Positions 39,076 through 48,490 are shown, numbered from the stretch's first letter. The stretch: 51,381 bases of DNA from an uncultured Candidatus Saccharibacteria bacterium (GCA_964362545.1 CAYIEM010000003.1:1-51381), one strand, 5' to 3'. The notes: generated by a model not told the origin, from the letters alone. Translations and numbers: made by a program.

Positions 39076-39183
39076 TTAGAAAAGCCTGCGCCACAAAATT
39101 TTAAACCTAAACTTGATTGTCTGCCAAAGCATTATAAAAACATATTTAAAGTACTCTAATTTTGATTTTATTTTCTTGGTCAT
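39076..39183 (-). CDS. Possible 35-aa basic/hydrophobic small protein
   Basis: MTKKIKSKLEYFKYVFIMLWQTIKFRFKILWRRLF fills the gap between paralogues 3 and 4 almost exactly. Confidence 0.3.
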   Translation of the reverse strand: MTKKIKSKLEYFKYVFIMLWQTIKFRFKILWRRLF

Positions 39184-39184
39184 A

Positions 39185-40969
39185 TTACACAAATTCGGCC
39201 TGATAACACTTTTCACAGTATACAATCTCAGTTCTATCTTGGCTAATAGCCGTCTCGAACTCATTCGGACATGTGTCTTTGCCATGCATATGTTCAATGG
39301 TGTTTTTATATAACTTATCTTCTGATTCTACACCGTGACACATACATTTCCTACGCCATAGTTTCGGCGGATTTTTCATTTTAATTCGCTCCCCATAGCG
39401 ACAACTTGGGCATAATCGAGGCAAGGCTACCTGCATAGCCCGAAGAAACTGCAGTTCATTTGAAAGAATCCGGAAAGCGGTAGTGCATTCTTGTTTGCAT
39501 TCTATACCGTTGTGTTCGCATTCTATCACTTCGTTCAAAACAGAATCAGGAACGTCTTTAGTATTGTCTGGTAAATCCCTGGCTTTAATGGTTATTTCAT
39601 AATCTCGGTCTTTTTGCTCATACCAGTTAAAACCTTGAGATAACGCCTCTTCTCTGGTAAGCGGAAAATATTTTTGCGCAACCGTTTCGTTATAAGCCCA
39701 AGGAGAGAAAACACTTGGGAAAAATTCTCCGTATTTGTAAACTCTTCCTTTTCTATCTACATAAGAAATATTAAGTATTTGTTGTTTTATTTTGGGCAGT
39801 ATATCTTTATATTCTTGTTCACTATATTGTTTGTTTAAAATACAATATTTTTTGTTTCTTATTTCTGTGCAACCAAAAACATAAGAACAGTTATAAACCT
39901 TATGAGAATACTCGACTTCTTGGGAATCATGACATGCGCGGTTAAATAAACTTCGTCTGGATTTAATACATCCGTTAGTTTCATAAATCAATTCGGACAT
40001 ATCACCACCGTAAGTCACATCGTGACTGTCCTTTAAAAGTAGTCCGCCAAGATGCACATACTTGCAGTTTTCCACACCATTAAGAGCAGAAAAACAAACC
40101 TTGCAGTTCTTTGCGTTTTTTATATCATCTCCTGAAACGTTTGTAGAATTAGTTATAGAAGCAAATCTCCTTGGTGTTTTGTAATAAAGTTCAAAAAATT
40201 TATTTTTAATTTCTTGAATGGTTTTGTAACTTCCCAAATCAAACTTTTCTATCTCTTCCTTGTATTCTTCTTTTGTATATTTTTTGTTAAAAATACAGTA
40301 TTTTTGATTTCTTAGATTTATGCAACCGAAACAATCCGAACACCCTATGCAGTTAAAAAGAAAAGAGGAGTCTAGACATTCATCTGAAAAATAAACAAAC
40401 TTGGTATTATAGACTCCAGTAGAATAAAGTGTTTCATAAACGTGATCGGCATTCCAAGTACCATCAGAATCCATAGAGTTACGAGTAAAAACCGGAACTT
40501 GGCAATTAAAACAATCAGCGGACTCAAAACCGTCAAAACAAAGTGTTAAGTTTTTGCAACGCATATTGCCATTTGAATACGTACAATCTACTGAGTTTTT
40601 TTGAGCTGTTGATTGGTGTGGGACGACTCTCACCAACTCGTTGAATTGTTCGAAAAATGACTTGGAAAAATCATACTCCCTACCGTAATCTGTCGCATCC
40701 CAGCTGTCTCCCCACCAGCAGGAGGGACAATACACAACAAGCTTTTTTTCTCTACTATAGATGCTGATAATTTCTTCGCCACATTTATCACATTTATCCT
40801 TATATAAAGGCCTATCTTCACGAAAAGCAAGCCGTCGTATGAGTCTGCACTCCGGGCACCACGTCGGCGGAGGAACTTTCATTTTTTCGTAAAAGTTAAA
40901 ATCTTCAGATTCTATCGTGAAGTCTTTTTTACAGTTTTGACATATTCGATTTTCACTTTTATTTTCCAT
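39185..40969 (-). CDS. Cys-rich multi-zinc-ribbon protein, paralogue 3 (His/Cys insert subtype)
   Basis: Same architecture plus CMC...YKNTIEHMHG..C insert. Confidence 0.9.
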   Translation of the reverse strand: MENKSENRICQNCKKDFTIESEDFNFYEKMKVPPPTWCPECRLIRRLAFREDRPLYKDKCDKCGEEIISIYSREKKLVVYCPSCWWGDSWDATDYGREYDFSKSFFEQFNELVRVVPHQSTAQKNSVDCTYSNGNMRCKNLTLCFDGFESADCFNCQVPVFTRNSMDSDGTWNADHVYETLYSTGVYNTKFVYFSDECLDSSFLFNCIGCSDCFGCINLRNQKYCIFNKKYTKEEYKEEIEKFDLGSYKTIQEIKNKFFELYYKTPRRFASITNSTNVSGDDIKNAKNCKVCFSALNGVENCKYVHLGGLLLKDSHDVTYGGDMSELIYETNGCIKSRRSLFNRACHDSQEVEYSHKVYNCSYVFGCTEIRNKKYCILNKQYSEQEYKDILPKIKQQILNISYVDRKGRVYKYGEFFPSVFSPWAYNETVAQKYFPLTREEALSQGFNWYEQKDRDYEITIKARDLPDNTKDVPDSVLNEVIECEHNGIECKQECTTAFRILSNELQFLRAMQVALPRLCPSCRYGERIKMKNPPKLWRRKCMCHGVESEDKLYKNTIEHMHGKDTCPNEFETAISQDRTEIVYCEKCYQAEFV

Positions 40970-40976
40970 TTTTTCT

Positions 40977-41022
40977 TTAATTTGCTAGATTTTCTGCTAT
41001 CGCAGAAAATCTAGCAAATTAA
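40977..41022. repeat. Perfect 21-bp-arm inverted repeat between paralogues 2 and 3
   Basis: TTAATTTGCTAGATTTTCTGC-tatc-GCAGAAAATCTAGCAAATTAA; includes the stop codon of paralogue 2. Confidence 0.88.
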
Positions 41023-42722
41023 TACACCTCCTGATTGTAACATCTCTCACAGTAGATGATTTCTGGTCTATCAGGAGCATAAGAGGTTTCAAATTCATTG
41101 GAGCAATCTGGTTTCATACATTTCCTGTGCCAAAGTTTCCTCTGATTACGCAACTTGAATCTATCTTGTCTTCGACACGGAAAACATTTTTCGGGAATGG
41201 GGATATTAAGAATTTTATATAGAGATAATTCGAGCGGCGTTATTTTAAACGCAGTAGCGCACAAAGAATAATTCTCGGTATCTTTCTCGGAAAGTTGCAT
41301 AGAACACTGTATAGTCTCATCTACGATATTGTTTGATGTCTCTTCCAGCGTTCTTGGCAAATCTTTCGAGAAAATAGTTGTTTTGTAATCTCGAACCGGT
41401 CTGTCGTACCACAAATATCCTTTTTGTGTAACTTCTTCCCTTGTAAGTGGAAAATAATCCATTGCCATCGATTCGTTGTAAGCAAATGGAGAAAATCTCA
41501 CGGGAAAATATTCACCCCATTCTTTTGTCTTTCTCATATGCTCAATAATTTTTTCCTTTAACTTGACATATTCTTCTTTAATGTACTGTTTGTTTAAAAT
41601 ACAGTATTGTTTTTGTTTAAGGCCGAAGCATCCAAAACAGTCCTGAACACCAAAGCACATATCGCAATAACAAGAATTTGTGATGGTGCTCGTGCAACTT
41701 CTTGCCACAATAGTTTTATATGGAGAATCCACACCTTGAATTTCATACGAGAGCTGACCTTTATCGATTTCTGTACAATCTCTACAATCTTCGGTCTGCA
41801 ACCAAGCATCTTGCATATACGCAGTATCTTTATGGTCTCGGCAATTAAATAATAAACGGGAACGTTCCATGTTTTCCATATAATCACCCGTAGAATTTTC
41901 TGCGCGTGAACCGTGGTAATACTTAAAGGGAAATTTTAGTCTAATAAGCCCAGATTTCTTTTTTGCATCATGAATGGATTGTCTATCCCATATAAACGAG
42001 TTAAATTTTTTCTTATATTCTTCCTTCGTTAATTGTTTATTAAACCAATAATTACTTTTGTTTCTTATACTCACGCACCCGAAACAATCAGTGCATCCTT
42101 TGCAATCGTTACTAAAATACATATTCACACAGTCAGAGCAATCTTGAGACCAGGCACAATGAGAACACTTCGTTAGGTTTATACATTCATAACAATATTC
42201 ACTTTTTTGTACCATGTAGCAATCAGAACAGAAAAAACTACTTTCATGCCAACTTCCGTACATACATTTCTCACAATTCCCACTGGTAACTAGCATATAG
42301 CAATCCTTATTGTCTTGTGATTGGTTAGTGTATTCACTATTAATACTGTTCGAATTAACCATAGCGATGTGGGGAACCACGGAACGAAGTTCTTCAAATT
42401 GTTCAAAAAATGGTCGTGACAAATCAAAATCTCTTCCATATTCCGTGGCATCAAATTTATCCGATTTCCAATATTCCTGTTTGTATACTGGGAATAAAAC
42501 GTCATCTCTGTAAATAGAAATTACATCCCCGCCGGTCGCATCACATTTTCTTTTATAAAGATTATACTCGTTGCGATCCAAAAGCCTACGTATGTAGCGA
42601 CATTCCGGACAAAGCGTCGGCGGAGGCACTTTCATTTTTTCATAAAACTTAAAATCCTCCGGCTCGATGGTGAAATCTTTTTTACAATTCTGACATATTC
42701 GATTTTCTATACCTTTATTCAT
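41019..42722 (-). CDS. Cys-rich multi-zinc-ribbon protein, paralogue 2
   Basis: Same architecture; ends EIIYCERCYNQEVY. Confidence 0.9.
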   Translation of the reverse strand: MNKGIENRICQNCKKDFTIEPEDFKFYEKMKVPPPTLCPECRYIRRLLDRNEYNLYKRKCDATGGDVISIYRDDVLFPVYKQEYWKSDKFDATEYGRDFDLSRPFFEQFEELRSVVPHIAMVNSNSINSEYTNQSQDNKDCYMLVTSGNCEKCMYGSWHESSFFCSDCYMVQKSEYCYECINLTKCSHCAWSQDCSDCVNMYFSNDCKGCTDCFGCVSIRNKSNYWFNKQLTKEEYKKKFNSFIWDRQSIHDAKKKSGLIRLKFPFKYYHGSRAENSTGDYMENMERSRLLFNCRDHKDTAYMQDAWLQTEDCRDCTEIDKGQLSYEIQGVDSPYKTIVARSCTSTITNSCYCDMCFGVQDCFGCFGLKQKQYCILNKQYIKEEYVKLKEKIIEHMRKTKEWGEYFPVRFSPFAYNESMAMDYFPLTREEVTQKGYLWYDRPVRDYKTTIFSKDLPRTLEETSNNIVDETIQCSMQLSEKDTENYSLCATAFKITPLELSLYKILNIPIPEKCFPCRRQDRFKLRNQRKLWHRKCMKPDCSNEFETSYAPDRPEIIYCERCYNQEVY

Positions 42723-42728
42723 ATCAGT

Positions 42729-42780
42729 ATTTAAATCATGATTTAAATCAGTACATCCAATCTACGCCATGACGTAGATT
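42729..42780. repeat. Two adjacent palindromes upstream of paralogue 2
   Basis: ATTTAAATCA|TGATTTAAAT (42729-42748) and AATCTACG-ccatga-CGTAGATT (42759-42780). Confidence 0.8.
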
Positions 42781-42784
42781 AAGT

Positions 42785-44446
42785 TCAGGCTATGTTTTGT
42801 TTGTAACATTCCTCACAGGCTATTTTTTGATAATTCCATTCGGGAAGATAGTAAGCTTCTATATTTTTCTTACAGTAAAAACAAACATATGAATATGATT
42901 GCAAAACAGTGAGGTACTTCAAGCGACCTTTTGTGCGAACATCAAAATGCTTGCGCGGTAGAGGAATATTATTTTCCCTATAAAAAGAAAGCTCGTTTTG
43001 GGCTATATTAAAACGCCAGCCAGTCTCCGGACAAATAAGAGCTTTTGTTGTGATATCGTTAGAAACATCTTTTATATCATCAGGCAATTCACTGGCAAGC
43101 ATTCCCTCTATGTTGCCTTCATCTATATCTTCCCAATAACCACCAAGTCTTAAAATATCTTCTTTTTTGGTCTCCGAAAAGTACGGAAAACCAGTGGAAA
43201 AGTTAAAGGGTCCAGCGCTCATAGCATACGGCAGAAATTGCCCGTACTCTCCTCTTTTTCTCATACCAGAAATAATTTCACTTTTTAGGTCCTCATATTC
43301 TTCCTTTGTATACTGTTTATCTAAAATGCAATATTTCTTTTTCTTTAGACCCACGCAACCAAAACAATATTCGCACTCAAGGCATAAGTCTAAATATTCC
43401 GAATATCGCGAGGAAGACCAAACTGAGTATTTAAGAGCAAAAGAATTAACACAATCAGCGCAGTTCCCTATCAATTCAGAATACCAGCAACCATTGGCGT
43501 CAATAGTTGATTTTTCGCGCATGGCTCTAATACAGTTAAAACAATCTTCGGAATCGTTGATGGTGTTGCAGTTGTGGCAATCTTTTACGTTTATCAGATA
43601 ATTGCCACTGGCGTTATATGCTTTTAGATTAAAATTTTCCCTATGCACTACTTCTTTTTGGGCTATTTCTTCAAAGCATTTTTTATGAACCTGAATAGAA
43701 GGGTATGACCCCAGATCAAATGACTTTAATTTTTCTTGATATTCTTCTCTCCCATACTCAACATTTTCTATGCAGTAAGATTTCCCTCGCAAGTTCCAGG
43801 ACATAAAGCAATTTTGGCAGTTGCGACAATCATATAAAAAATAGGAGTCTATGCAATCCCGAGAATGTTGGGAGTAAAAAAGTTTGTAGGAGTGGTGACA
43901 ATCCGAGCAGTCGTAACATTTTTCACAATTGAAACAAATTGTCACGTCTATAGAATTCTTGACCCTTATGTTTCTATACGAATAATATAAATCCTCGCAT
44001 TCTTCCATAGAACGAGAGAGGTAACAGTTTTTAGAATTCCAGACATCATCGCACCAATCACATCCTGTATTTTTACTGCCATTTTGATGTGGGTGAGGAA
44101 TTTTCTCTTGGAGAGTTTGTAGTTGTTTAAAAAAAGGCAATTCAGGGTTATAGTCCATGCCAAAATTCATTGCATCCCATTTGTCACTGTGCCATTCAGA
44201 AAGGGTATATATCGGGTATCTATTTTTTTCTGGCAAGACTGTAATTAAACTCTCCCCCGATAGATCAGATTTGCCTTTGCGAAACTTGCCAAACATCCAA
44301 AAAGACAAGTGGAGTTTGATACGACAGTCACGGCAAATTGTTGGCAATTCAATCTCAACCTTTTTATACAAAGACAACTCCCCCTCAGTTATACTGAATT
44401 CTTTTTTACAATGTTCGCAAGTTTTATTTTGCTTCTGTGGGTCCAT
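42785..44446 (-). CDS. Cys-rich multi-zinc-ribbon protein, paralogue 1 (divergent, overlaps grpE)
   Basis: Start moved to ATG 44446 (MDPQKQNKTCEHC); same overall architecture with a degenerate second knuckle. Confidence 0.88.
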   Translation of the reverse strand: MDPQKQNKTCEHCKKEFSITEGELSLYKKVEIELPTICRDCRIKLHLSFWMFGKFRKGKSDLSGESLITVLPEKNRYPIYTLSEWHSDKWDAMNFGMDYNPELPFFKQLQTLQEKIPHPHQNGSKNTGCDWCDDVWNSKNCYLSRSMEECEDLYYSYRNIRVKNSIDVTICFNCEKCYDCSDCHHSYKLFYSQHSRDCIDSYFLYDCRNCQNCFMSWNLRGKSYCIENVEYGREEYQEKLKSFDLGSYPSIQVHKKCFEEIAQKEVVHRENFNLKAYNASGNYLINVKDCHNCNTINDSEDCFNCIRAMREKSTIDANGCWYSELIGNCADCVNSFALKYSVWSSSRYSEYLDLCLECEYCFGCVGLKKKKYCILDKQYTKEEYEDLKSEIISGMRKRGEYGQFLPYAMSAGPFNFSTGFPYFSETKKEDILRLGGYWEDIDEGNIEGMLASELPDDIKDVSNDITTKALICPETGWRFNIAQNELSFYRENNIPLPRKHFDVRTKGRLKYLTVLQSYSYVCFYCKKNIEAYYLPEWNYQKIACEECYKQNIA

Positions 44447-45059
44447 TGTATTCAAAAACATTGACTCGGGCCGCTCGAAGAACATTGTGCCCCAGCTTGT
44501 ATCCCTTTTGAATTACATCAGAGACTTTATGGTTTTCTTTGATTTTGTCAGTCGGGGTCATCTCTATGGATTGATGAATGTTCGGATCGAAATCCTCGCC
44601 AACTTTTCCTATTTCTTTCACTCCATATTCCTCAAAAATAGCACTGAGTTGAGTATAAATATATTCAACTCCTTTGCGCCAATTTTCATCCACCTTGTTC
44701 CATGTGTCTTTATTGGAAAAAGCCATATTAAAACTATCAAGTACCGTTAAAAACCTAGTAAGTATGTGCTCTCGCATCGATTCCGATAAGTTGGCTCTTC
44801 TGTCATCTTCTTGTTTTTTGTAATTGACAAAATCTGCACGCTCCTTTTGCCAACCATTTAAGTACTCCTCTTTTTCGGCAATACAGCGTTTTAAATCAGC
44901 CCTGAGTTTCTTGAGAGTCTTTTTCAGGTCTTCCTCTCCATCTTCATTAAATTCAAATAATTCAACAGAATCATCTCGAGTATCTTCGAGGGATTCAACA
45001 ACCTCTGAGTCTTCAGGTTCAGACGCAGTGTCATCTTCTTTTTTTTCTTCTTCATCCAT
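44424..45059 (-). CDS. grpE: Nucleotide exchange factor GrpE
   Basis: RADFVNYKK, LTVLDSF, FDPNIHQS, QKGYKL...LRAARV. Confidence 0.96.
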   Translation of the reverse strand: MDEEEKKEDDTASEPEDSEVVESLEDTRDDSVELFEFNEDGEEDLKKTLKKLRADLKRCIAEKEEYLNGWQKERADFVNYKKQEDDRRANLSESMREHILTRFLTVLDSFNMAFSNKDTWNKVDENWRKGVEYIYTQLSAIFEEYGVKEIGKVGEDFDPNIHQSIEMTPTDKIKENHKVSDVIQKGYKLGHNVLRAARVNVFEYNGPTEAK

Positions 45060-45069
45060 AGACGTATTT

Positions 45070-45112
45070 TAGCATAAAAAAATCCTCTTTTAAAGAGGAT
45101 TTTTTTATGCTA
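45070..45112. terminator. Bidirectional-type terminator after rpsI
   Basis: Perfect 21-bp arms TAGCATAAAAAAATCCTCTTT-t-AAAGAGGATTTTTTTATGCTA with A7/T7 tracts. Confidence 0.8.
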
Positions 45113-45541
45113 GCGTTTACTCCACTGTGGAGCTTTTCTTGCTTTCTTTAATCCGAATTTTCTGCGCTCCTTGGCTCTAGGATCACGTTTCAAATAACCC
45201 AGGGTTTTTAGTTTCGAACGTAATTCCCCGTCAAAAGAAACTAACGCTCGAGCAAGACCATGGCGTATAGCTTCAGCTTGTGAATGACTTCCCCCACCAG
45301 ATACTTTTGCCTCGACTTTCCATTTATGCTCTATTTTTTCTTTATTATCAATTCCTTTTATTATCGCGTCAGAAACCAGACGACGAGTCTCTTCTGTTTT
45401 AAAATAATCTTTAAAGTCTTTTCCATTTACAATGAAACTTGATTTTGCAGCTTGCCAGATACGCACTCTAGCAGTAGAAGTTTTTCTTCTGCCTATTGCC
45501 TCAATATACCTCGAATCTTCTTTAGTTACTTTTTTATCCAT
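45110..45541 (-). CDS. rpsI: 30S ribosomal protein S9
   Basis: GRRKTSTARV, GGG..QAEAIRHG, ERRKFGLKKARKAPQWSKR. Confidence 0.97.
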   Translation of the reverse strand: MDKKVTKEDSRYIEAIGRRKTSTARVRIWQAAKSSFIVNGKDFKDYFKTEETRRLVSDAIIKGIDNKEKIEHKWKVEAKVSGGGSHSQAEAIRHGLARALVSFDGELRSKLKTLGYLKRDPRAKERRKFGLKKARKAPQWSKR

Positions 45542-45556
45542 GTTAAATATTAACTA

Positions 45557-45922
45557 TTAATCTTCTATATTTAAATTTTTCATCATCGTTCTCCTCAACT
45601 TGTTTCCTGGAAGCATATGAAAAATAGCAAGTTTTATTAGTTCCTTCAAACCTTTCTTTTCGGCTGTTTCAGTGCCTTTTAAAACACGGAGTCCGCCTCG
45701 AGACCCTGAGTATCTGGTGTGGCTTATTTCCTCTAGTTTCTTTGCAGTGATTTTGAGTTTTGAAGCATTTACAACTTTCACGTTTAATCCTGAGTATATA
45801 TGTCTTTCGTAAGAGGGCCTGGTCTTGCCCATAAGATAAGTCGCCACCTCACTGGCAACTCGGCCTAATGTTCTTCCCTCGGCGTCAATTGTTTTTTCTT
45901 CTATTTTTTTAATGTTTTTCAT
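45557..45922 (-). CDS. rplM: 50S ribosomal protein L13
   Basis: IDAEGRTLGRVASEVA..LMGK, VVNASK, MLPGNKL. Confidence 0.95.
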   Translation of the reverse strand: MKNIKKIEEKTIDAEGRTLGRVASEVATYLMGKTRPSYERHIYSGLNVKVVNASKLKITAKKLEEISHTRYSGSRGGLRVLKGTETAEKKGLKELIKLAIFHMLPGNKLRRTMMKNLNIED

Positions 45923-46272
45923 ATAAATTCTATTTGGGCCATGAGAACTCCATCAGCCTTTCTGATTCCTAACTTTAAAATCCTCGTATAACCGCCGTTT
46001 TTATCTTTATATTTTGGAGCAATCACTTCAAAGAGTTTCTTCACTTCCTTACTACGATTTGAAAGTTTAGAAATAATTGTTCTGCGTGTAGCCATATCGC
46101 CACCTTTTGCCTTCGTCACGAGTTTCTCGATAAAAGGACGCAATTCCTTCGCTTTAGGCATGGTTGTTTTTATTTTATTCCGCACAATCAAATTGAGCGC
46201 TAGAGAACTCAATAAGGCCTTCCTCTGATTCTTGTCCCTCCCGAATTTTCTTTTAGTATTGTGGTGTCGCAT
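45919..46272 (-). CDS. rplQ: 50S ribosomal protein L17
   Basis: MRHH...KFGR, IKTT.PKAKELR, GGYTRILK. Confidence 0.97.
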   Translation of the reverse strand: MRHHNTKRKFGRDKNQRKALLSSLALNLIVRNKIKTTMPKAKELRPFIEKLVTKAKGGDMATRRTIISKLSNRSKEVKKLFEVIAPKYKDKNGGYTRILKLGIRKADGVLMAQIEFI

Positions 46273-46300
46273 ATATTTAAATTACTTTTTCAAGCGCGTA

Positions 46301-47290
46301 TTACTCTTTTAAATTAAGACCGAACTTGCTGAGCACTTTCTTAATTTCACTGATCCCTTTCTCTCCTATACCTTCAATCTCTAACAAATCTTCCCTCTTT
46401 TTTCTTGCGAGGCCTCCTAGTGTTCGAATGTTTGCAGCGGTAAGTGCGTTTAGCGTTCTCGTAGATAGATCCAGTCCGTCGGTGCGAGTTTTCAAAACAT
46501 CTGTGAAATCATCGGTCTTTTTATTTTCTCCCACTTCTTCGGCATCAGCCATAGCGCCACGAGCTGATTTTTTATCTTCTTTCTTTATTACTTCTTCTGG
46601 TTCTTTGAAATCAATAACAGCCTTAAGTTGAAGAATCATTATCTCGATAGATTTCAAAAATGCATCGCGTGGAGTAAGGGTGCCGTCTGTCTCGATAGAC
46701 ATTCTTAAGCGATTATAATTCGTATTATCGCCAACGCGCATATTTTCAACCTCATAAGACACGCGACGGATCGGAGTGAAGATCCCATCGACAGCGATAG
46801 TGCCGATGTCAACTTTTTCTTTCTGCAAAGTCTCCTTCGGAACAAAACCCAAACCCTTTTCAACCTTCATTTCAATATTTAAATTAACTTTGCCGGTAAC
46901 CTCAACGATATGCAATTCTGGATTTAAGATCTCCACCTGTCCGCCTGTTTTTACATCCATAGCTCTCACTTCTTTGGGACCCTTGATGGAAATTGTCACC
47001 ATTTGTGGTTCATCTGAGATCATTTTGTAACGAACTTTTTTCAAATTTAAAATCATAACTATCACGTCTTCTTTTATGCCATCCATAGTCTGAAATTCAT
47101 GAGAAACCCCGTCTATCTTGATAGAAGTAACGCTAGCGCCTGGAAGCGAAGAGAGAATAATCCTCCTTAGACTGTTGCCTAGGGTGTGGCCATATCCGGG
47201 ATATAATCCGTCTATCTCAAACACTCCCTTATTATCTTCTTCTAAAACAATTCTAGGTTTAGAAGGTATAACTATTTTATATTCAGGCAT
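46301..47290 (-). CDS. rpoA: RNA polymerase alpha subunit
   Basis: GYGHTLGNSLRRIILSS, HEF, alpha-CTD LSTRTLNAL...GIGEKG. Confidence 0.97.
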   Translation of the reverse strand: MPEYKIVIPSKPRIVLEEDNKGVFEIDGLYPGYGHTLGNSLRRIILSSLPGASVTSIKIDGVSHEFQTMDGIKEDVIVMILNLKKVRYKMISDEPQMVTISIKGPKEVRAMDVKTGGQVEILNPELHIVEVTGKVNLNIEMKVEKGLGFVPKETLQKEKVDIGTIAVDGIFTPIRRVSYEVENMRVGDNTNYNRLRMSIETDGTLTPRDAFLKSIEIMILQLKAVIDFKEPEEVIKKEDKKSARGAMADAEEVGENKKTDDFTDVLKTRTDGLDLSTRTLNALTAANIRTLGGLARKKREDLLEIEGIGEKGISEIKKVLSKFGLNLKE

Positions 47291-47358
47291 TTTTTTATAA
47301 TCTTGTTTTTTAATCTAATAATTTCCGCCTAAAGCGGACCCGGGCTTATGACTCTAAA

Positions 47359-47964
47359 TTAACGGCTATAAAACTCAAGCACAGCGTTCAAATCAAGGAA
47401 GGTCTCTATGTTCTTTGGTTTGGATAAAATAAGTCCTTCCATTTTATTCACATCAAATGTCACCCAAGGCGGAGGATTGTAATCTTTAGTTTTTTCGGCC
47501 AAATTTTCAAAAATCTTCTTGATCTTAGAACCTTCTCGTACTTTTATAACATCTCCCTGTTTTACCTCGTAAGAAGGAACAGTAATTTTATTATTATTTA
47601 CAATGAAATGACCGTGGGAAACCATCTGTCTTGCGGCTCTTCTGCTTCGAGCAAGACCCATCCTATAGACCACATTGTCGAGACGAAATTCGAGCTCCTC
47701 GTAGAATTTCTCTGCCGTACCTGCCCCCTTTATATGAGATGCTTTCTTGACGTAATTCCCGAGTTGGCGTTCTGTAATACCGTAAGAGAAACGGATTTTT
47801 TGTTTTTCGATAAGTTGTATGCCATATTCCGTGAGAGCCTTCGGGCGACGCGCCATAGGACCCGCAAACTTACCGGATGAAGAAGAAAATTTGGGAGTCT
47901 GGCACTTGTCGTACACCCCAGCTCCTAATCTTCTTCCTATTTTAAATTTTGGTTTGCTTATCAT
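47359..47964 (-). CDS. rpsD: 30S ribosomal protein S4
   Basis: EYGIQLIEKQK, LEFRLDNVVYRMG, ARQMVSHGH, EFYSR. Confidence 0.97.
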   Translation of the reverse strand: MISKPKFKIGRRLGAGVYDKCQTPKFSSSSGKFAGPMARRPKALTEYGIQLIEKQKIRFSYGITERQLGNYVKKASHIKGAGTAEKFYEELEFRLDNVVYRMGLARSRRAARQMVSHGHFIVNNNKITVPSYEVKQGDVIKVREGSKIKKIFENLAEKTKDYNPPPWVTFDVNKMEGLILSKPKNIETFLDLNAVLEFYSR

Positions 47965-48004
47965 TTTTAGAATTTACAATTTGTAATTAACTATTTTTAG
48001 CTTT

Positions 48005-48481
48005 TTATACTCTTCGAGGCTTTTTAGCTTTTGGTCCGTTATGAGGCACTGGTGTTGCGTCTTTTATGGAAGTTATTTCTATTCCGTGAGCCATGAAAGC
48101 CCTTATGGCTGGTTCGCGTCCAGAACCAACGCCTCGCACCACTACGCCCGAATCTTTGACACCAAGTGTGACTGCCTTGTCTCCGATCAAATCGCCTACT
48201 TTGGAAGCCGCAAAGGGAGTGCCTTTCTTCGCTCCTCTAAAACCGAGCGCTCCAGCGCTTGACCAAAACAATGTGTTACCCAATTTGTCTCCAAAAAGAA
48301 CTTTGGTATTATTGAAGGTAGCTTCAACATACAAAATCCCGGACACCACCTTCTTTTTAGGTACTTTCGTAACTGCCTCCTTCTGCAAAACACCATCGCT
48401 CAAAGACGAAGAAGCTGGTTTTGTCGCTGTCGTTCCTTTCGAAACTTCTTCCTCTTTAGTTGTAATTTTCGTCTTTCCCAT
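48005..48481 (-). CDS. rpsK: 30S ribosomal protein S11 (N-terminal extension)
   Basis: ATFNNT, GFRGAKKGTPFAA, G.GSGRE.AIRA, TPVPHNG. Confidence 0.97.
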   Translation of the reverse strand: MGKTKITTKEEEVSKGTTATKPASSSLSDGVLQKEAVTKVPKKKVVSGILYVEATFNNTKVLFGDKLGNTLFWSSAGALGFRGAKKGTPFAASKVGDLIGDKAVTLGVKDSGVVVRGVGSGREPAIRAFMAHGIEITSIKDATPVPHNGPKAKKPRRV

Positions 48482-48490
48482 TTTAAAATA

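Noticed and set aside
26796-45112. TTAGCA...TGCTAA palindromes as CIRCE elements
   Set aside because: They lack the TTAGCACTC-N9-GAGTGCTAA sequence and spacing; the 45070 one fits a terminator.
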